A DNA stretch of 64,000 nt from a virus. The notes below the pieces were generated by a model. The model ran no database searches. It saw only the letters and a list, made by a program, of their open reading frames with translations, and was not told the DNA's origin. Where the stretch lies: positions 1 through 64,000 of the IMG/VR virus record IMGVR_UViG_3300028197_001952, one strand, 5' to 3'. The position numbers were made by a program, and so were the translations under genes. Positions 56,801 to 64,000 of this stretch are shown here, piece after piece; position 1 is the stretch's first letter; every line of letters begins with the position of its first letter.

Positions 56801-59260
56801 ACCTTCCCCTTCTACTAACTTTAAATCAGATGTAACAAAATTTATGTTTAAATGGTCTAATGCGAAATCTGAAGATGATACAAATTGGTTAACAACATCG
56901 GTTGATGATTGAGAACCACTTGAAATTAAATCATCTAAAATTTGATAACCAATTACATCATTTGTTTCTAATGCAAAATTAGGAGTTAATGGTATACAAT
57001 TTTTTGAAATATCATCAACTATTGTGATTTGGTCAATTATAGGTATTGCCTGTAATTTTGATATCCAAAGAGAATCATTTAAATTAACACTAGCAGGAAG
57101 TGGTTCATATAGTTTTAAAACAAGTGATTTCTCTATATTAGTATATTCTACATCATTTGTTTCAGGATTGGTAACTTTATCTGAGAAAGTTGTTTCATCA
57201 ATTCCCCATGTTGCGATTAACTTATTATTACCTTCTCCTAAATGTAGATAGTGAGTTAAGAATGGAGAAATTGAATCTTGAAATATTGAGGAATCAAAAC
57301 GATTTACAAATGCATTTCTAATATCTGCAACAACATCTCCTCTTCTAAGATTTAAATCTCCAGCTTCGAATGAAATACTTATTTTTTCAGTTTTACCTGC
57401 AGTTAATGAATCTCCTTCTGAGTTATATGGTATTAATACTAAATCAAATTGTATTACTCCTTTAACTTCAACAGGTTTTATTTTTAAAGAGTTTAATTTT
57501 TGTAAAACATCTTTTACATTAAATGATGATACACCTGATTCTGAAAACCGTCCTAGTGATGATGTATTACTTTCACGTCCGGCATAAATCTTAATATAGT
57601 TAGTATTAATAGATTGCCAACTAATTTGAAATGGAACATTATTTCCCTTAAAATCTGCTCCTATAATGTTTTGTGGGTATTCTATGTTTGTAATATCAGG
57701 ACCAGGTATAAAAGCTCTACTTTCAACCGTTACTGATACTTTTGCGTTCTGGCTACTACCTCCTTTGTTAGAAAGTGCTTGTAAGTAAATAGTGTAATTA
57801 CCTACTCCATTATAGAAATCAGCATTACTTAGTACTAAACTACCATTTGTTTCAATTTCTCTTCTTGTTTTACCAAGAGTATAAATTACTTTATCTGCAT
57901 TAACACTTCTATATGGTATTTTGACCGTTTCTTTATCAGCTAAATTTAGTTTAACTCTACTGATATCAACCGCTATACTTGGTTCGAGTGGAGATTCTTC
58001 TACTGCAACTTTTGTAGCATTAACTACAATGTTAGTTTGTCCTGCAACTAAATCAAGAGTAAGTTCTTTAGTTCTATTAGTTTGATTTTGTCTATTACTA
58101 GGTGTATTGTATTTAAAAGATACCGTATGTGTAAAATCAGAAATACCAACAGAAGAAAATGTTATAGATGGAATTTTTTTAGCTCCTGCTATTGGGGTGT
58201 GTTCTAAATCAATTTCCCCATCAGATAATAAAAATCCACCCTGTCCCCATGATGTTTTATATTGTATTATATTATCAGAAGAAACGAAGCTTTCTATATT
58301 TACTTCAATTGGAGTATTAACAATAGGATCTTCTTTCGGGTCTTCATTTATAATTACCTTTGTTAAATCAAATGGTAGATTAGCAAACTGAGATTTGTTA
58401 ATTGTATCTGTTATTGTATTTATTTGATTTAATAGAGGAACTTCCTTTCCATTCTTTTCTAATCTAAATTCATAGTAATCAAATTCTACTGTACTAACTG
58501 GTCTTGGTGCTTTAGGAATTCTATCTTTAGTAGGTGCAGAGTAACCTAAACTTCCTTGAGCAGAACTAAATCCACCTGTGCCTCTTCCTATATTATCGTT
58601 AAATTCAATACCTCTACCTCTAGTTTGAAGACCAAAATCATCAAAATCATTATTTCCAATAGGTATTAAATTTGGATTTACATTATCATCAAATCCCGGA
58701 CCTCTAACATTTATATCAAGTTGGTTATCAAATAAATCAAATAAATCAACTACAGGAGCTACTGTTTTAGTGAATTTTTTCTTTGTAGAATATAGTTTGT
58801 ATTCATCTTCTGAAGTAAAACCTGCTTTTACTATCTTGAAATACTGTGGTGTTAGTAGTTGTTTTCCAGTATAGTTGTATACCTTAGCTGGTGTTGATAA
58901 TGTATCCTTACCATTTAACATGATACTACCACCATTAGTAGAAGTAACATTAACTTGTATAGTTCTACTTTCTGATAATACTGTTGGTGGTTTTGATGGA
59001 TATTTACAAGTACCATTATTAACAGTAGCTGCTTGGTTATAGTTTGTTGCATTTCTATCAGTACATCCACTTATGACAGATACAGTTCTTCCACCTCCGC
59101 CTCCACCAGAACCACGTCCTCCTCCACCAAGGTTTTGGACAAAATCTATACCTTCACCACCACCATTGAGGTTACTTCCATCTCCGAATCCGTCTCTTGA
59201 TCCTAGATTTTCGTTTCGGTTGTTACTACCTCCATCTAAATATTGATTTCCTCTAGCCAT
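53864..59260 (-). CDS. Large baseplate or structural protein with wedge-like segment, LamG domain and a GCTD repeat
   Basis: LLNNLPYLQKNKGTRRAISAALSCYG (wedge/P2 gpI-like KGT motif); GSIDEFRLWS (LamG); N-terminal Gly-rich region and GCTDRNATNYNQAATVNNGTC. Confidence 0.68.
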   Translation of the reverse strand: MARGNQYLDGGSNNRNENLGSRDGFGDGSNLNGGGEGIDFVQNLGGGGRGSGGGGGGRTVSVISGCTDRNATNYNQAATVNNGTCKYPSKPPTVLSESRTIQVNVTSTNGGSIMLNGKDTLSTPAKVYNYTGKQLLTPQYFKIVKAGFTSEDEYKLYSTKKKFTKTVAPVVDLFDLFDNQLDINVRGPGFDDNVNPNLIPIGNNDFDDFGLQTRGRGIEFNDNIGRGTGGFSSAQGSLGYSAPTKDRIPKAPRPVSTVEFDYYEFRLEKNGKEVPLLNQINTITDTINKSQFANLPFDLTKVIINEDPKEDPIVNTPIEVNIESFVSSDNIIQYKTSWGQGGFLLSDGEIDLEHTPIAGAKKIPSITFSSVGISDFTHTVSFKYNTPSNRQNQTNRTKELTLDLVAGQTNIVVNATKVAVEESPLEPSIAVDISRVKLNLADKETVKIPYRSVNADKVIYTLGKTRREIETNGSLVLSNADFYNGVGNYTIYLQALSNKGGSSQNAKVSVTVESRAFIPGPDITNIEYPQNIIGADFKGNNVPFQISWQSINTNYIKIYAGRESNTSSLGRFSESGVSSFNVKDVLQKLNSLKIKPVEVKGVIQFDLVLIPYNSEGDSLTAGKTEKISISFEAGDLNLRRGDVVADIRNAFVNRFDSSIFQDSISPFLTHYLHLGEGNNKLIATWGIDETTFSDKVTNPETNDVEYTNIEKSLVLKLYEPLPASVNLNDSLWISKLQAIPIIDQITIVDDISKNCIPLTPNFALETNDVIGYQILDDLISSGSQSSTDVVNQFVSSSDFALDHLNINFVTSDLKLVEGEGSTGTYSLEHPSRSIDFGNFVKYSSAVERVENFVYKVKLIQSYEERYGGLVSGSSIEFGGVSSNITGAASSSVAVTNEAQRTLGKISEVKKGFDSFEKFLFTSSSISNITYPGAGQNALSASTHQASLNWYENTIVSASNFDADNSSRLVNNLPLHIKNDPEGSTFPLFFDMVGQHFDVLWLHIKGISQTKQLEHKFENGINDKLIYHMLESLGWDADMGAQSQTLWEYAFGKNSDGSTATTMSGKDRQNEIWRRLLNNLPYLQKNKGTRRAISAALSCYGIPQSMLTVMEFGGPQPGNGTSTFTYDDRTSSINISGSNSIVVPWKSHKEYYPNSVEFRLNTNQKKDQRLISANGWSLDLDYLDSGSLAKLTFNILNGATYVSSSTEQVVVFNDEYAQINVNRITGSTEDTFNVYLKEGVDGRIRNTAFTAISTPSGSSGWESGNVLTLGGSTLTGSIDEFRLWSAPLSESVIKDHTLMPEAINGNHISSSTEDLLLRLDFEYPKDRSSAGDTSIKNVSIDTTYSSFVTASNFTSITDYPHQYVVYDRSVTAQVPSSGFAPGNKVRFETQTKITDLSYRSRATKKSLDQAPLDSDKLGLFFSPTKEINLDIMKSLGGFEIDNYIGDPGDAFKTEYGELSKLRNYYFKRFNLNIGEYIQLVRYIDKSLFDVLESLVPARAKVATGILISPHILERSKIEQRPTTASPHNHAGVVKVEHTIKSTDNVVSGKLSAQDDTKLKGNKNDFNGLVDSTTSTNLVGSYQTINATLDINNLTKEQGFITRNSGSDMAGISFNIDASITGSIQGEFDGTIFNQVGMDPDSLTVAGFGLYGENGHAIITKLDKDNNFYKVRKRVDVITESYTVDVPENINSSDSSMGRHFVTQTFERKKISFRNFADSGSITGNNIVSVVPLDGYVPYHYRNVGDLTSGLENSFSNGSKQTSKTTLDGGSPVQTFTTNPNTLRVSDSGRGSGEPILEVD

Positions 59261-59263
59261 GTA

Positions 59264-59272
59264 TATAAATAT
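59264..59272 (-). promoter_or_regulatory. ATATTTATA motif (putative phage late promoter)
   Basis: Only 3 nt upstream of the 59260 ATG. Confidence 0.55.
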
Positions 59273-59287
59273 CTTTATTTAACATTG

Positions 59288-61324
59288 TTATAACTCTCTT
59301 GGGGTTCGTGGTCTTTTCAAAACAACTTCATCTCCTCTACCACGAGAAAGATCTAAATTTTCTTCAAGATTAAATTCAAAATTATCTGCATATCCTGTTC
59401 CTGTTCCTCTTCCTCCAGTTTGTGTACCTGTTCCAATAACTATTGGTGTTGATATAGGAGTTGTTGGTGGTTTCACTACCGGTTTTGGTTGTGGTGGCAA
59501 AGGTGGTGGATTTGGATTAGGTTTTGGTGATGGAGGTGGTGTTGGTTTTATAACAACAACTGGCGGTGTTGGTTTAGGTTGTTGTGTAACACAAGGTCCT
59601 AACTCAATACATACAATACCAGGTCCTTTTGATATAGAACCTTTTTGAGCACATATAGTTGTTGTATCACCAGGTAGTAAATTACTCGATGTTTTGGTAT
59701 TACCCACTGCATCTTTATATGTTACTGATAATGGAACTGTTACTACACCACGTCCAGGTTTTTGGAAAAATCTATTTCTTTCAAAACCACCCATTCCACG
59801 ATTACCTTTGTTTTGGTTCATTGAACGATTATCAGCTCCAGGTCCATAATTATTCATATAATCTTCATTTATTCCACCCGCAGGAGATAGTAGATTTGGG
59901 AAGTTGTTACTATTTCTAACACTATACATACGAGTTGATACTGTTTTAACTGGTTTAGGCGTTTCCCTAACATCTCCACTAAACTTAATAGTGGCTTTAT
60001 CATATGTGATGTTAAATGAATCATACTCAACTCCGTTAACAATCTTTGAATTTCCATTTTGCTTATATTTGATAGTTCCGGTTGCTGACCATACATAATA
60101 GTTTTTAGTAATTGTATCAACTCTACCTTTATATTTACACGTACCATCATCCTTAGTAGCATTTCTATTATAATTAAGTGCAGCTGGATCGGTACATCCT
60201 TTGATTGCTGGTTCTTCTTCTTCAACTTCTTCAACTTCTTCAACTACTTTATACCTACAACTACCATCATTATCTTGTGCCAATGAATTGTAATTTTCAG
60301 CTTTGGGGTCAGTACATCCCCTTACTCGTGCATTAACTTTATCTGGAACAGTTGAAGTAAATGATGAATTAGCTGTAACAGATTTCAATATCTGTGAAAC
60401 TTTGTCAAATGTTATTTGTTCTTCTTTACTTAAAATACTATCTCTTTGTATATCTCTTTTTGGTAAATAAAAATCAATAATATTAATTAAAGATTGTTGT
60501 GCATCTCTTTCTAGTTGTGGTATTGATAAATCAATACAATCCGATTTGTCTCCCAATGCATTACCATAATTTACATCATTAATACTCCAATTTCTATTTG
60601 AAGCATAATAATTCATTGATTCAATAAATTTTGTTTTGATTCTGTTTATTAATATTTCAAAACTAGGTATATTGAATTCTGTTTTAATTGTATTTATATA
60701 TTCAACTCCATCACTTTCTGTTCCTTTTGACATTAAGAAATCTTGAAGTATTTTTTCTAAATCTAAATTTTCAATAAAAACGTTAATATAATAAATTACA
60801 TCATCTCTAAATGTTGTATTATCAAGAAATACATTTAATCTTTTTTCTAAATCTTTGTTTGCTCCCTTTGCTCTATTCGGTAAAATTCTAATCTCAGTTC
60901 TTGATGCGGATATCTCATGTACCCATAAATTATTTTCATCAGGAACATCTGTACCCAATCTTCTATTTAAAAGAGTTACTTGAGTTTTGAATATTCCATT
61001 AGAATATCCCGCTTCTCTAATTAATTTTTCAATATCTACTATAAATTCAGGAGTTCCGTTTGATTTTTTAGTAAATTCATTATCTGAAATTATAAAGTAA
61101 TCGTTAATATTTACATCATCAATATAAATGTATCTTACTAACTTACCATCATCTCCTTGTGGTAGTTGGTTTTCACTTGAATCAAATAATATAAATTCGA
61201 TCATATCAGAACAACCTAACCCAAAGTTAGATTTAGATATTTCTTTTTCAAATACCTTTCTATCTTCAGAGTCAACCTTGTACCCTTTTCTATCAATAAT
61301 CTCTTTAAATCCCTCTATCGCCAT
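59288..61324 (-). CDS. Structural-region protein with two GCTDP repeats and a Pro-rich tail
   Basis: EISASRTEIR; GCTDPKAENYNSLAQDNDGSC and GCTDPAALNYNRNATKDDGTC; PKPTPP tract. Confidence 0.65.
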   Translation of the reverse strand: MAIEGFKEIIDRKGYKVDSEDRKVFEKEISKSNFGLGCSDMIEFILFDSSENQLPQGDDGKLVRYIYIDDVNINDYFIISDNEFTKKSNGTPEFIVDIEKLIREAGYSNGIFKTQVTLLNRRLGTDVPDENNLWVHEISASRTEIRILPNRAKGANKDLEKRLNVFLDNTTFRDDVIYYINVFIENLDLEKILQDFLMSKGTESDGVEYINTIKTEFNIPSFEILINRIKTKFIESMNYYASNRNWSINDVNYGNALGDKSDCIDLSIPQLERDAQQSLINIIDFYLPKRDIQRDSILSKEEQITFDKVSQILKSVTANSSFTSTVPDKVNARVRGCTDPKAENYNSLAQDNDGSCRYKVVEEVEEVEEEEPAIKGCTDPAALNYNRNATKDDGTCKYKGRVDTITKNYYVWSATGTIKYKQNGNSKIVNGVEYDSFNITYDKATIKFSGDVRETPKPVKTVSTRMYSVRNSNNFPNLLSPAGGINEDYMNNYGPGADNRSMNQNKGNRGMGGFERNRFFQKPGRGVVTVPLSVTYKDAVGNTKTSSNLLPGDTTTICAQKGSISKGPGIVCIELGPCVTQQPKPTPPVVVIKPTPPPSPKPNPNPPPLPPQPKPVVKPPTTPISTPIVIGTGTQTGGRGTGTGYADNFEFNLEENLDLSRGRGDEVVLKRPRTPREL

Positions 61325-62664
61325 TATCCTTTTTTATTTTTTCTAACCTTCCAAGTAAGGTCTTCTATTTTTACATTACCAGTACCATCTTCAAATTCAA
61401 TTTCTATTTTAAATTTACCACTATAATCTCTCGCTTTGTTAGTCCATGATTTTGGTTTTGGTTTATTCTTTCCACCAATTGATTTTCTAAAGTAAAATGG
61501 TTCTGAATATTCTTGTCCTTGTTCAATATTTACATTTACTGATTGTTTCATTCCACTACTATCATTACCAAGACCTATTACTTTTCCTTCAATACCTCCA
61601 CCAGATGTTTGTATTAATTTAATCTTAGTTATTTTCTTCCCATCATCTCTAAGATTCTTTACCTTTATTACACCAGCTTTACCACTAGATTTTGCTTTTT
61701 TCCTTGCAGTTGTCCATTTTGCACCGTTTTCTTCACCAGGATCCTGGTCACTTACAACGGCAAAATAAACTTCATTACCAGCAGTTGGTGTTAATCCACT
61801 TGCTGCCGCCGCACTTTCTGCAGCTGCTCCTGATACTTGACTTTCCAGTTGTGATACAATACCTTTTTGTACTTCAAGGAGTTCTTTTAAGGTAGCTTTT
61901 TGTGCTTGTAATCCTCGAACTTGTGCAGTAAGAGAAACTCTCTCTATACCTTCCTTAGTACCTTTAATAAGAGACTGTTGGAAATCTGATAATAGTTTTG
62001 TAAACCTATCATTTGCAACTTCGGTCTCATCTTCAGCAGCTGCTCTTTGTAGTAATGCAGAATCTTCTGAGATTTCTAGTTGTGCTACAATGCTTCTTAA
62101 TTCTTCACTAATTGCTATTTGTTCATTTAACTCTACTACCTTTTCTTGTAATTCTCCTACTTTGGAATCAAACCTTGCTTGAAGTTTATCATATTTTTCC
62201 TTAAGTATAAAAGGACCTTTTTTAGGTTTTTGTTTTTTTATTAACTCATCAACCTTAACATCTAAAGATTTTTGTAGTTCCTGTTCGTTATATTTTGGCT
62301 TTTCAATGTATCCAGATGTTTCTCCACTAAATCTTTCTTGTTCTTCTTGTATAGTATCAAATTCATCGGTATCTATCCAATCTGATTTATATTTTACAGA
62401 ATTTGGATTTTTTGTATCTCGTATTGGTTTCATACCATACTTAACAAATGGTCTTTTCTCTTTTAACCAACTAACAGATTTACCTCTTTTTTTGAACTTA
62501 ACAAATTGTTTTGCATCTTCTTTAGATAATTTATTTGGGACATTTCTCCCATCCATTTTGCGCACCATGATAGAACCAGTTTTTTTATCTCTAGTTTTAT
62601 CTATTTCTTTAGAACCTTTTTTTAAAAGTTCACTAACTCTATAATCTTCAGGTTTAGCTGCCAT
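61324..62664 (-). CDS. Coiled-coil hypothetical protein
   Basis: Long heptad-rich central region; basic N- and C-terminal domains. Confidence 0.65.
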   Translation of the reverse strand: MAAKPEDYRVSELLKKGSKEIDKTRDKKTGSIMVRKMDGRNVPNKLSKEDAKQFVKFKKRGKSVSWLKEKRPFVKYGMKPIRDTKNPNSVKYKSDWIDTDEFDTIQEEQERFSGETSGYIEKPKYNEQELQKSLDVKVDELIKKQKPKKGPFILKEKYDKLQARFDSKVGELQEKVVELNEQIAISEELRSIVAQLEISEDSALLQRAAAEDETEVANDRFTKLLSDFQQSLIKGTKEGIERVSLTAQVRGLQAQKATLKELLEVQKGIVSQLESQVSGAAAESAAAASGLTPTAGNEVYFAVVSDQDPGEENGAKWTTARKKAKSSGKAGVIKVKNLRDDGKKITKIKLIQTSGGGIEGKVIGLGNDSSGMKQSVNVNIEQGQEYSEPFYFRKSIGGKNKPKPKSWTNKARDYSGKFKIEIEFEDGTGNVKIEDLTWKVRKNKKG

Positions 62665-62665
62665 T

Positions 62666-63727
62666 TTACAATTCTACGGTGAATGTCAAATCTTTATCTT
62701 CAAAGTATTCTATTACACCATTTCTATTTATCTTTGTTTCAATATAATAATCTCTATTAATTTCCCAATTTGTTAAATTTAATTTAAAGAAGTGTCCGTT
62801 TGCATCACAACTAACTTTAGTATAGGTATCATCAAATGGAACAACTACTTCACCAGTTACTATATCTTTAATTTGATAATAAACGGTTGATGGTAAGTAT
62901 TTAACATCTTTATAAGAATATGTGTTGGCGTAAGTCTTAAGAGGATATTTTTCTCTTGCAAAAACTCTTATTGTTGGTTTACTTCCTCTCTTATATGTAG
63001 TTTTTAATCTTTTGAATGTTACATGTATATCATCTGATGTAAGTTCTGTGAGAGAACCAGTATTATACGTAGAATCATCCCAACCAATTCTTAATTTAGG
63101 TTGGTAAATAGTATTTGTTTCTTTTGAAAAGAATTTTAACTGTCCATAATCTTCAGTATCATTTTCTAATGCAGAATCATGCATTAGGATTAATCCATTA
63201 TTTGGGAATGTACCTGCCACCCACTTATTAATTGGTTCTAATATGTTCATTGCCATATCAGCTGATTGATATTCAAATGATTGAGATACTGCAGAACCAG
63301 TTAGCCACATTCCTCCCTTACCATTATGTGAACCTGAACTCTCTAATGAAGCTGAACCGATTAACCAATTAGAAGAAGATGTTCTCTTGTTCCAAGTACA
63401 ACCATCGGTTGATATTTTATCAAATCTAGTACCAATACCACCATCCCATGATTGAGAAATTGCATATCCGTATATTGTGTAATCTGTTGGAATCTCTACA
63501 GATTCACATTCTCTAAGTACTAAATCTGCGGATGATGCCGTGATTTCTCCACTTGCGATTGAAGAAGATATTTCATTTGTATTAAATTGAATTAATGTAT
63601 GTGCAATATCTTTTAAATTACCATAATATGTTTTAGATATTTCCAATATCTCATCTCTACCAGTATTTTGAGATGGTTGTTGTAAATAAATTGTTGAATC
63701 TTTTGATGCTGTTACGAAATAATACAT
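62666..63727 (-). CDS. DNRLRE/CBM96-like virion protein
   Basis: ASKDSTIY..NTG..EILEI, LIQF, NNGLIL, FFSKET..PKLRIGWDD. Confidence 0.55.
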   Translation of the reverse strand: MYYFVTASKDSTIYLQQPSQNTGRDEILEISKTYYGNLKDIAHTLIQFNTNEISSSIASGEITASSADLVLRECESVEIPTDYTIYGYAISQSWDGGIGTRFDKISTDGCTWNKRTSSSNWLIGSASLESSGSHNGKGGMWLTGSAVSQSFEYQSADMAMNILEPINKWVAGTFPNNGLILMHDSALENDTEDYGQLKFFSKETNTIYQPKLRIGWDDSTYNTGSLTELTSDDIHVTFKRLKTTYKRGSKPTIRVFAREKYPLKTYANTYSYKDVKYLPSTVYYQIKDIVTGEVVVPFDDTYTKVSCDANGHFFKLNLTNWEINRDYYIETKINRNGVIEYFEDKDLTFTVEL

Positions 63728-64000
63728 TATACCACCCTCCCTTTTAAATCTTTGTTAGGAAACTTAACTTCAAATACTGATGGGTCTAAAGATGGGTAAA
63801 CCATTTTACCTTTAGTTGCATCTGATATATTATATGAATGAGATGAGTAACTTCCTAAACATTTATTTACTATCTCACACTTTGGTACGGATTGAACTCC
63901 CTCAACACCTGCGATTAATAACTCTATTTCAGAGATATTAATAGCCATGTTAAATGTCCAATTATCTATATTAAAGTAATTTGCTAAGGATTGTTGAACC
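63727..64000 (-). CDS. C-terminus of a baseplate wedge (gp6/baseplate J-like) protein, truncated by window end
   Basis: The frame stays open to 64000: ..YFNIDNWTFNMAINISEIELLIAGVEGVQSV..YPSLDPSVFEVKFP. Confidence 0.65.
   Translation of the reverse strand, partial: VQQSLANYFNIDNWTFNMAINISEIELLIAGVEGVQSVPKCEIVNKCLGSYSSHSYNISDATKGKMVYPSLDPSVFEVKFPNKDLKGRVV

Noticed and set aside
758-62644. Numerous plus-strand ORFs of 60-156 aa in the ORF track
   Set aside because: They lie antisense to long, motif-bearing minus-strand genes and have shadow-ORF composition.
1-64000. Stop-codon reassignment as seen in some large phages
   Set aside because: Coding density is near complete under code 11, and TAG and TGA both terminate genes at sensible junctions.
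1-64000. CRISPR arrays, tRNA/rRNA genes, IS elements, diversity-generating retroelement
   Set aside because: Intergenic gaps are mostly under 130 bp, with no spaced repeats, cloverleafs, transposase or reverse transcriptase. The 681-bp repeat is an in-frame tandem duplication whose differences are not adenine-specific.

Overview
This is an AT-rich 64-kb segment of a large (jumbo-type) tailed phage with T4-like head-assembly genes. Nearly every gene is on the minus strand in tightly packed, often ATGA-overlapping operons, and the genetic code appears standard. In transcription order (right to left) the window contains: (1) baseplate and virion structural genes; (2) a sulfotransferase, a GIY-YIG nuclease, a DNA primase and a fused Mre11-Rad50 (SbcD-SbcC, gp47-gp46) gene; (3) one small plus-strand ribbon-helix-helix gene behind a tandem palindromic operator; (4) a ~2,800-aa tail fibre-like protein; (5) a ~26-kb cluster of ~30 glycan synthesis and modification genes, including two GT7-LamG hybrids, GT47-like, GT-B and GT2-like transferases, Ugd, NeuA/NeuB, two radical SAM enzymes, three SGNH proteins, a sulfotransferase, a methyltransferase, a kinase, an NTP-transferase, a PLP enzyme and RmlC; (6) an 1,853-aa polyprotein joining a HIGH nucleotidyltransferase, an HD hydrolase, a CCA-adding enzyme and an RNA-ligase-like domain, punctuated by prohead-protease-like (I/L/V)xE sites; (7) large terminase and portal. 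Promoter-like motifs, the absence of Shine-Dalgarno sites and several protein motifs suggest a Bacteroidota host (inference). The two strongest candidate novel systems are a phage-encoded virion glycosylation pathway, paired with a (S/T)-G-S motif that recurs in the structural proteins, and a virion-packaged tRNA/RNA-repair polyprotein. All assignments come from motif recognition by eye; no searches were run.
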